A program made the position numbers and the translations under genes. Shown piece after piece: positions 38,397 to 45,681 of a DNA stretch of 64,000 nt. Location of the stretch: NCBI GenBank assembly GCA_965246885.1, contig OZ251992.1:800001-864000 (forward strand), written 5' to 3'. Below the pieces are notes generated by a model. That model was given only the letters and a program-made list of their open reading frames with translations, did not search any database and was not told the DNA's origin. Every line of letters starts with the position of its first letter. The stretch's first letter is position 1. Source of the stretch: Abditibacterium sp. (GTDB lineage: Bacteria; Armatimonadota; Abditibacteriia; Abditibacteriales; Abditibacteriaceae).

Positions 38397-39881
38397 ATGA
38401 ACTTCCAATCCATCTACGGCTTCGAGACCGAATACGGCATCACGGTCGAGGGCGCCGACGCATCGGCGCTCATTGCCGCGTCGCGCGAAGTGGTCAAGGC
38501 CTACTCGTCGCTTGGCCTGCCCGCCGTAACGCGCTGGAATTATCGCGCCGAAGACCCGCGCAACGACCAGCGCGGCTTTCACGTCGAGCGATTGTCCGTT
38601 GACCCGGTTGACGCGCAGTTCGACCGCCCCGGCGAACGCGCGCACTCGCCCGAATCCGACCGGTGTGACCATCTCCTTGCCAACGGCGCGCGCTTTTACA
38701 ATGATCACGGGCACCCCGAATACTCCACGCCCGAATGTGCCGACTTGAGAAGTCTCGTCGCGCACGACAAGGCGGGCGAACGCATCGCCCTCCAATGCGC
38801 GCAGATTTATGGCGCCCGCATCGGCAAGAGCGTCGAGATTTGGAAGAACAACACCGACTTTCACGGCGCGAGTTACGGCTCGCACGAATCCTACTTGGTG
38901 CGCCGCGATGTCGCATGGGATGCCTTCGTCGCGGGCCTCGCGCCGTTTTTGGCGACGCGCATTATCTTCTGCGGCGCCGGAAAAGTCGGTTGCGAGGAGC
39001 GCGGGCACGACTGCGACTACCAACTCTCGCAGCGCGCCGACTTCTTTTCGGTGCTTCAAAGCGTGGATACGCTCAACAACCGCCCGCTCGTCAACACGCG
39101 CGACGAACCGCACGGCGACGCGCGCGCCTTTCGCCGCTTGCACGTCATCGCGGGCGACGCCAACATGAGCGAATGGGCCATCGCCCTGCGCGCCGGAACG
39201 ACGAACTTGGTCGCGGCGCTCATCGAAAGCGGCTGGCAGTTGGGCTTTGAACTGCGCGACCCGGTGCGCGCCATCAAGCACATCTCCCGCGACGCCAGCT
39301 ACAAATGGCCCGTCGAAACCTCACGCGGGAGCCTGAGCGCCGTAGACGTGCAGCGCGCTTACTTGGAAGGCGCCCGCGAACTGAACCTTCCCGGCTCCGA
39401 CTGGGTCTTGGAAGAGTGGGCCGAGGCGCTCGATACCCTCGAACGCGACCCGATGGAACTCTTCGACCGCTGCGACTGGGTCGCCAAAAAGCTGCTCCTC
39501 GACCAGTTCGCCGAAGCCGAAGACCTCGACTGGAAGCGCGACCGCCTCAGCTTGCAATCGCTCGATCTCGCTTATTGCAACGTCCACCCCGACGCCGGAC
39601 TTTACGCCGCCTTAGTCGAAGATGGCGCCATGCGCACCCTCGTCACCGACGCAGAAATCGAAGCCGCCCGCCAAGCCGCGCCCAACAACACCCGCGCAGG
39701 GGTGCGCGGCGCCCTCGTCGGGAAGTTCGCGGCGCAAATCAAGCAACTCTCTTGGGGCGCCCTCGAAACCCGCGCCGGGACGCGCTTGGCCCTTCCCGAA
39801 ACGGGCGACTTCGGGGAGATGCTCGCCCAAGTCGCGGCGGCGGGCGATATCGAGGAGTTAGCGGGGAAGTGGGGGGAGTAG
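38397..39881 (+). CDS. dop: Pup/UBact deamidase-depupylase (Dop/PafA family)
   Basis: IYGFETEYGI, LANGARFYNDHGHPEYSTPEC, KNNTD.HGASYGSHESYL, LSQRADFF, NTRDEPH, RRLHVIAGDAN. Confidence 0.9.
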   Translation: MNFQSIYGFETEYGITVEGADASALIAASREVVKAYSSLGLPAVTRWNYRAEDPRNDQRGFHVERLSVDPVDAQFDRPGERAHSPESDRCDHLLANGARFYNDHGHPEYSTPECADLRSLVAHDKAGERIALQCAQIYGARIGKSVEIWKNNTDFHGASYGSHESYLVRRDVAWDAFVAGLAPFLATRIIFCGAGKVGCEERGHDCDYQLSQRADFFSVLQSVDTLNNRPLVNTRDEPHGDARAFRRLHVIAGDANMSEWAIALRAGTTNLVAALIESGWQLGFELRDPVRAIKHISRDASYKWPVETSRGSLSAVDVQRAYLEGARELNLPGSDWVLEEWAEALDTLERDPMELFDRCDWVAKKLLLDQFAEAEDLDWKRDRLSLQSLDLAYCNVHPDAGLYAALVEDGAMRTLVTDAEIEAARQAAPNNTRAGVRGALVGKFAAQIKQLSWGALETRAGTRLALPETGDFGEMLAQVAAAGDIEELAGKWGE

Positions 39882-39886
39882 ATGTG

Positions 39887-40693
39887 TTACACCCCCGCAA
39901 TCGGCGGCAATATCGGCTTCGCCGCTTCGCAATGGGCGCGCGCGAAGTCGCCAAAGAGGGCGAACTCTTCGTCCGACGCGAACGCGCGGCGGGGGACGAT
40001 GAAGGCGCTGCGCGGTTGGTCGAAGAGGAACAAGTGCGTGGGCGTCTGGGCCACGCGCTCGATGCCCGACCACGCGGTTTGCGTCGTCGTCGGGTTGTAG
40101 GATAGTTGCACCCCGTCCGCCGATAGCGTGAAGGTGCTGGGGTTTTGCAGAATCGGCAACTTGGACTGGGCTTTTCTACTCGTACTGAGGATGAACCACC
40201 AAAACGCGACCAGCAGCACCATCGGCAACAGCAGGGAAACAAGGCTTACCAACGGCGAATTGCTCGCTCCCGCATGGGAATAGCGATACGAGTGCGGCGC
40301 CGCCATCTGTGCTTTGACCACCAGACCCGCGAACAACGTGAACGCGAGCAATAATCCCAGCAGGCGAAGCAGTCGCGTCTTATATGAGGCGGGCGAGGTG
40401 AGGAAAAACCAGAACGCCATCAGAAACACCAGAGGGCCGACGCCGGCGACGAGGTTCATCACCGGCAACATGCCCGCTCCCGTAGCACCATAGCGAGTAG
40501 AAGGCGGCACCATCCCCGCTTTGATGATGATCATACCGGCAATTAGAACCCCTAAAAACACCGGAACAAGCCTGCGGACAACCGAGGTGTTTCGAGAACC
40601 GTTGCCTTTGGCGCCCTTACTAAGGAAGTTGGAAAGAGCATCCGCGTCGGCACTTTCGAGTTGGTAATGCGCCGTGAGAATCGAAGAAGTCAC
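39887..40693 (-). CDS. YcxB-like membrane protein with duplicated TM hairpin
   Basis: GTG at 40693. Four TM segments and C-terminal AWSGIERVAQT..LFLF..AFIVPRRAF. Confidence 0.7.
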   Translation of the reverse strand: MTSSILTAHYQLESADADALSNFLSKGAKGNGSRNTSVVRRLVPVFLGVLIAGMIIIKAGMVPPSTRYGATGAGMLPVMNLVAGVGPLVFLMAFWFFLTSPASYKTRLLRLLGLLLAFTLFAGLVVKAQMAAPHSYRYSHAGASNSPLVSLVSLLLPMVLLVAFWWFILSTSRKAQSKLPILQNPSTFTLSADGVQLSYNPTTTQTAWSGIERVAQTPTHLFLFDQPRSAFIVPRRAFASDEEFALFGDFARAHCEAAKPILPPIAGV

Positions 40694-40731
40694 GCCCCTA
40701 TTTTCCCCCAATGCGGGCGCGGTTTCAAGGC

Positions 40732-41640
40732 TTATTCCGGTTTGAGCAATTCCCCCACCACTGCGCCCAGATGCGACACGAAGGCGCGCACGCCCACCCG
40801 TTCGTCGCGGCCTTTGCGCCGCAGGAGGGCGATGGTGCGGTGCGGGCGCGGGTTGGTGAGGGCGACGGCGCGCCAGCCGCGCGCTTGGCCGGGGTGGAGC
40901 GATTCTTGGAGCATCGGCGCGGGCAGGATGGCGGGCAATTGGGCGGCGACGGCGGCGCGAAAGACCGCTTCGGTCGAGGGGAACTGCGCCAAAATGCGCG
41001 GCGCGATGCCCGCACGGGCGAGGGCGTCGTCCAAGATGGTGCGAAGCGGCGACGGCGACGGGCACAGCAAGCCCACCCCGTCCAAATCGGCGACGCGCAC
41101 CCGCGCGTGCATCCCCAAACGGTGCGATGGCGGCAACCACAGCGCCAAATCTTCATCGAAGAGCGGCTCCGCGTTGAGGTTCGGTGCGGGCAGGGTGCCG
41201 ATGGCCAAGTCCAACTCCTCGCGGGCCACCGCCCAGCCGAGTTCCAGCGCGGGCAACGTCTCGACCTCGATTTGTAGCCCCGACTGTTCAATCGCCCGCG
41301 CCACGACGGGCGGCAAGAGGTAGTCGCCTGTGCTTTCAAGCGCCCCGACGCGAAGCGGCTCCAACGGCGCCGCCTCGTCCTGCCCCAACGCCGACACCGC
41401 CTCGTCCATCTCGCGGAGCACCCGCTCGGCGTAGGGCCGGAACCGCTCGCCCGCGACAGTGAGTTGCACCCCGCCCGCCCCGCGATGAAAGAGCGGCGCC
41501 CCCAATTCGTCTTCCAACTGCTTGATTTGCTGCGACAGCGTCGGCTGCGACACATACAGCTTTTGCGCCGCGCGCGTAAAATGCGCGGCATCGGCGACCG
41601 CCAGAAAGTAGCGTAGGTGACGAAGTTCCACGCATCCCAT
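40732..41640 (-). CDS. LysR-family transcriptional regulator (CynR-like)
   Basis: ELRHLRYFLAVADAAHFTRAAQKLYVSQPTLSQQIKQLEDELG. Confidence 0.95.
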   Translation of the reverse strand: MGCVELRHLRYFLAVADAAHFTRAAQKLYVSQPTLSQQIKQLEDELGAPLFHRGAGGVQLTVAGERFRPYAERVLREMDEAVSALGQDEAAPLEPLRVGALESTGDYLLPPVVARAIEQSGLQIEVETLPALELGWAVAREELDLAIGTLPAPNLNAEPLFDEDLALWLPPSHRLGMHARVRVADLDGVGLLCPSPSPLRTILDDALARAGIAPRILAQFPSTEAVFRAAVAAQLPAILPAPMLQESLHPGQARGWRAVALTNPRPHRTIALLRRKGRDERVGVRAFVSHLGAVVGELLKPE

Positions 41641-41790
41641 TGTAAAGCGAACGCGCGCCACCCGACAATTCGATTTTCCAATCGCCCCCATCGCGCGGGC
41701 GCCAATCCGCTTTATTCGCCGCCTCCCAATGGCGCCGATGGGAAGTAAGTCTTGGACTTGCGCGCCCCGATGCAGGAAAATGATTGGCCT

Positions 41791-42030
41791 ATGGCTTACG
41801 TAATCACCCAGCCCTGCGAGGGCGTTAAGGACGGCGCGTGCGTGGAAGCGTGCCCGATGGATTGCATCGGAACGGATGACTCGCACAACCAGATGTTCAT
41901 CAACCCCGCCGAGTGCATTGACTGCGGCGCGTGCGAAAGCGCCTGCCCCGTCGCGGCGCCCTTTCTCGATGTCGCCGTGCCCGACAAGTGGCGGCACTAT
42001 ATCGAGTTGAACGCCGCGTTCTTCGGCTAA
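41791..42030 (+). CDS. dicluster ferredoxin (FdxA-like)
   Basis: MAYVITQPC..KDGACVEACPMDCI..ECIDCGACESACP. Confidence 0.93.
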   Translation: MAYVITQPCEGVKDGACVEACPMDCIGTDDSHNQMFINPAECIDCGACESACPVAAPFLDVAVPDKWRHYIELNAAFFG

Positions 42031-42130
42031 ATTGGAAAACCCAATAGCTCCCATTCAAACCAAGTTTTGGACGCGGCGCCGGAACTGCCCTAAGCTGCTT
42101 AGCGCGAAAGCGTAAAGGAGACAAACAACA

Positions 42131-42370
42131 ATGGCTTATGTAATTGCCCAGCCGTGTATCGGCGTGAAAGACAAGGCGTGCGTCGAGGTGTGTCCGGTGG
42201 ACTGCATTCACGGCGACGACGACAGCCCGCAGATGTATATCAACCCCAGCGAGTGCATCTCGTGCGGCGCGTGCGAGCCGGAATGCCCCGTCGAAGCGAT
42301 CTACGAGGACTCCGCCCTGCCCGCCGAGTGGAAGGAATACACCCAAATCAACGCCGACTTCTTCGGCTGA
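42131..42370 (+). CDS. fdxA: dicluster ferredoxin (FdxA-like)
   Basis: MAYVIAQPCIGVKDKACVEVCPVDCI..ECISCGACEPECPVEAI. AAGGAG RBS. Confidence 0.95.
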   Translation: MAYVIAQPCIGVKDKACVEVCPVDCIHGDDDSPQMYINPSECISCGACEPECPVEAIYEDSALPAEWKEYTQINADFFG

Positions 42371-42377
42371 ACCACCC

Positions 42378-42406
42378 AAGACCCGGCCCGCTTGGGCCGG
42401 GTTTTT
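42378..42406. terminator. intrinsic terminator between convergent genes
   Basis: acccggccc-gctt-gggccgggt followed by tttt. Confidence 0.8.
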
Positions 42407-43173
42407 CAGTTGGCGCTCGTCTGCTTCACCGGAGTCTTGGACGCCGTGCGGACGCAATACAGCGCGACGCCGAGCGGGTCGTGAAGCGACACCAAGTCCG
42501 GCTTCTCGCCGTTCGGCTTTGCGCGTTTGGCCGCCGCTTGCGCCATGTTGTTGTGGCACGTCACGCACGCGGGGGAACTCGCGGGAATCGGGCACGCCAC
42601 CACTTTCCATTCGCCGACGTGCTTCTGGGCGCCATCGTCGGGCTTGGCTTGATTCAACACTGCGTAAGCGACCGGCAAGAAAGCCTCTTCCTTGGGAGCT
42701 TGTTTCGCCAAGGCGTCATCCCCCGCTTGCGCTTGCCCCCACGCTTGTTTACCGTAGAATCGCTCTGGGCCGTAAATGCGCGAAGTCATTAACAGTGGCC
42801 CCTGAACACGGTCTGCCACAAACCGCAAGAGGGGATCGCGCGGGCGTCCAACAAGGTAGAACACGACTTGCTGTTTCGTCTCTTGCAACTTGGCTATAGC
42901 CGCCCTTTCGGGTGGTGACTCCGGGTAAAAGGGGCCATGTGCGCTGATACGCGGCACCAGCCGACTGTAACCAAAGCTCCCGTCGCGCGGCACAACCGCG
43001 AAGCGGGCTTGCACGACGCGGTCGAGTTCTTCCAACTCGCGCGAAGGAAAGACAGACGCCGGTTTGGGCGGGGCGGGAGCGACCGTCGCATCCCCGCGCT
43101 TAGCCACCACAAAAGCTGAGGTCGCGGCCAGCGCCAACACGCCGACCAGCGCGAGCGAAGAAGAGCGTTTCAT
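42406..43173 (-). CDS. exported protein with a single CxxCH heme c motif (DUF3365-like)
   Basis: N-terminal signal/TM, ACPIPASSPACVTCH...DPLGVALY. Confidence 0.7.
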   Translation of the reverse strand: MKRSSSLALVGVLALAATSAFVVAKRGDATVAPAPPKPASVFPSRELEELDRVVQARFAVVPRDGSFGYSRLVPRISAHGPFYPESPPERAAIAKLQETKQQVVFYLVGRPRDPLLRFVADRVQGPLLMTSRIYGPERFYGKQAWGQAQAGDDALAKQAPKEEAFLPVAYAVLNQAKPDDGAQKHVGEWKVVACPIPASSPACVTCHNNMAQAAAKRAKPNGEKPDLVSLHDPLGVALYCVRTASKTPVKQTSAN

Positions 43174-43261
43174 GAGCGTTGCTCCTTGGAGAGTGACGCG
43201 CTTGTGAAGTTGCGCGGTTCGGGGCAACTTTTTCGCGGGCCGGTGGTCTGTAGGGGCACTC

Positions 43262-44089
43262 ATGCGCTTTGCCGTCCCTCTTCTTGCCCTGCCGTTGTTG
43301 TTGGCCGCCGCTCCTGCCGCCCTTGCCGCGCCAACTGACCGCGAAATTGCCCTCTCCGGCGCCACTCCCGACTTGAAGTCGTTGCAACTCGACTCGCCGC
43401 ACGTCTACGACTACACCTTCGCTGTCGCGCCGACGGACTGGCGCGTCGCTTCGGGCGTGTGGGAGATGACGAACCGGTGGAGTTGCTCGCCCGGCTGGAG
43501 TTGGTTCGGCGGGAGAAGCGACGAAACGGCGGCGATCTGGAACAAGCGCAAACTGATGGGCGACCAATCGGCGCAGGTCTACTTCGCCTTCAAAATGGGC
43601 ATGACGGGCGTTGGGCAATGGCCCGAATACCCCTCCGATGCCGCCGTCACCATTTGCGGCGACGGCAAGAATTTGGGCACCGGCTACACCTTTATCGCGG
43701 GCGCCTACGATAACTCCTGCTCGGTCTTGCTGCGCAACGGCGTCGAAGTCGCGCGCTCGACCGCGCCCGAAGCTATCCTCCCTCGCCTGACCGATGGCAA
43801 CCCCGGCAACGAACGGATGCACCGCCGTTGGTGGTTCGCCCGCGTCGAGAAAGAAGGCGGCACCGTGACGGCCTACCTCGACGAAAAGCCCGTCGTTTCC
43901 TTCACCGACCCCAAGCCCATCGCGGGCGGCCAAACGGCGATCTGGACATACAACAATGGCCTGATGCTCGCCCGCGTGCAGCTTTACTTCGAGCGCGAGC
44001 AGAAACCCGCCTTCGCCCCCCAAATTTTACAAGTGGCCACTCCCACAACCCCCGCCAAAGCGGGAAAGGTGCGCGTGGCGAAGCGGTAG
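43262..44089 (+). CDS. hypothetical secreted protein (ConA/LamG-like beta-sandwich, tentative)
   Basis: Signal peptide ..ALAA. Trp-rich with C-terminal VTAYLDEKPVVSFTDP. Confidence 0.7.
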   Translation: MRFAVPLLALPLLLAAAPAALAAPTDREIALSGATPDLKSLQLDSPHVYDYTFAVAPTDWRVASGVWEMTNRWSCSPGWSWFGGRSDETAAIWNKRKLMGDQSAQVYFAFKMGMTGVGQWPEYPSDAAVTICGDGKNLGTGYTFIAGAYDNSCSVLLRNGVEVARSTAPEAILPRLTDGNPGNERMHRRWWFARVEKEGGTVTAYLDEKPVVSFTDPKPIAGGQTAIWTYNNGLMLARVQLYFEREQKPAFAPQILQVATPTTPAKAGKVRVAKR

Positions 44090-44242
44090 AGGGTAGATGC
44101 TCGACCGGAGGCTCCCAAACCGCCGCTTTAGTGGTTGGTAGGCCCTCTCTTTGGCGCGATAAACGCTAAGATAAAAGGGTGATTTCGCGCTTTCCCCTTC
44201 TCCCCCTGCGGTGGCGTTGTATTTGTTCTCGGAGTGACCCCT

Positions 44243-44881
44243 ATGAACACCGCTAAAATCGGCGTGCTCGTGTCGGGCGACTCCAAGGGCACCAACTTTC
44301 AGGCGATACTGGATGCCATCGCTCGCGGCGATTTGGACGCGCGTCTCGCGCTCCTTGTCGCCACCAACGAGCATCATGGCGCCGTCGCGCGCGCGCGCGA
44401 CGCCCACATCAAAACGCTCGTGTTGCCCATCAAAGGGATGGAGCGCGACGCGTGGGATGCCCGCGTCGCCGACGCGCTGTATGAGGAGGGCGTCTCGATT
44501 GTGGCGCTCGCGGGCTACTTGCGCTTCGTCACGCCCACACTGCTCGAAGCGTTTCCGCGTCGCATCCTCAACGTTCACCCCAGCCTGCTCCCCTCGTTTG
44601 GCGGCAAGGGGATGTTCGGCGCGCGCGTTCACCGCGCCGTGTTGGAGCACGGCTGCAAAGTGTCGGGGTGCACCGTCCATCTGCTCGATGAGCGCTACGA
44701 TACGGGGCCGATTTTGGAGCAAGCCTGCGTCGTGGTCGCCGAAGATGAGACGCCCGACTCCCTCGCCTTGAAAGTACAAAAAGAGGAGCACCGCATCTAC
44801 CCGCGCTGCTTGCAAGCGATGGTCGAAAACCGCATCGTCGTCGAGGGTCGCCGCGTCATTTGGCGACGCAAGGAGACTTAA
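44243..44881 (+). CDS. purN: phosphoribosylglycinamide formyltransferase
   Basis: VLVSG..GTNFQAI, LAGYLR, LNVHPSLLPSFGG, SGCTVH..YDTGPI, EHRIYP. Confidence 0.96.
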   Translation: MNTAKIGVLVSGDSKGTNFQAILDAIARGDLDARLALLVATNEHHGAVARARDAHIKTLVLPIKGMERDAWDARVADALYEEGVSIVALAGYLRFVTPTLLEAFPRRILNVHPSLLPSFGGKGMFGARVHRAVLEHGCKVSGCTVHLLDERYDTGPILEQACVVVAEDETPDSLALKVQKEEHRIYPRCLQAMVENRIVVEGRRVIWRRKET

Positions 44882-44887
44882 GGCACT

Positions 44888-45466
44888 ATGAAGTTCACCG
44901 TGTTTTGCGCTTTGGCTGGCCTGCTTCTGACCGGGTGTCACGGCGGTGGCGCGTCTGCGGGAACGCCCGACGCGCCCGAAGAGATCACCCACGTTTTCAG
45001 CCGCGACGCAGGCGGTCATGACGTGATCAACGCCGGTTTTTTCAAAATCACCCCGCCAAGTGGGTGGAGATGGGTCAAACATCAGCCGGACGGCTTATTT
45101 CAGGTCAGGATTTTATCGCCTGAAGCGGGTAACCCCATCGGAAGTTTAAGCGTGCGAATCGTTGTGGCGAATCCGGGAGAAACGCTGGAAACGGTGAGGG
45201 CCGATGCGCAGAAAAGGAACTCTTCGGTGTTTTCCAACTACCAGTTGCTTCTCAACGGGAATATGATGATGGATGGCAATGCCGCTTGGTCGGAAGAATT
45301 CACCGCAACCAAGGATGGACAGCCCTATTGGTGCCGGGACATTTGGGCGTTGCGGGGCGGCAAGCTCTACCAAATCAGATGTCTCGTGGCGGATACAAGA
45401 CCGGGAGTTTGGATATTGGATTTTGAGAAGACCATTGACTCGTGGCAATGGCAGCCGTCCTCATAA
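44888..45466 (+). CDS. lipoprotein (PsbP/DcrB-like, tentative)
   Basis: Lipobox LTGC, FKITPPSGW, C-terminal FEKTIDSW. Lower GC. Confidence 0.7.
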   Translation: MKFTVFCALAGLLLTGCHGGGASAGTPDAPEEITHVFSRDAGGHDVINAGFFKITPPSGWRWVKHQPDGLFQVRILSPEAGNPIGSLSVRIVVANPGETLETVRADAQKRNSSVFSNYQLLLNGNMMMDGNAAWSEEFTATKDGQPYWCRDIWALRGGKLYQIRCLVADTRPGVWILDFEKTIDSWQWQPSS

Positions 45467-45516
45467 TTTGCCGACGCAAGGAGAATAAAACGGCGGCGGC
45501 CCATTCGCCGGGCCGG

Positions 45517-45642
45517 GCGGACAAGTGGCGCGACCCGGTGGACAAGTGGCGCGGCCCGGTGGACGAGTGGCGTGACCCGGCGAACGAGTGGCGCGACCCG
45601 GCGGACGAGTGGCGTGACCCGGTGGACGAGTGGCGTGACCCG
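45517..45642. repeat. 21-bp tandem repeat array C (6 units)
   Basis: Consensus G(C/T)GGAC(G/A)AGTGGCG(T/C)GACCCG. Cores at 45520, 45541, 45562, 45583, 45604 and 45625. Confidence 0.95.
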
Positions 45643-45681
45643 TTTTCCCGAACCGCGACTGATTAGGGAACACTGAGGGCG

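Noticed and set aside
41678..41730. Three CCAAT motifs at 24-bp spacing between LysR and ferredoxin
   Set aside because: They could be operator half-sites, but they are too short, give no clean T-N11-A dyad and do not belong to the 21-bp family.
44090..44242. ZTP or purine riboswitch upstream of purN
   Set aside because: No GACUGGCG / CGCCUGGGC or purine-aptamer core is visible.
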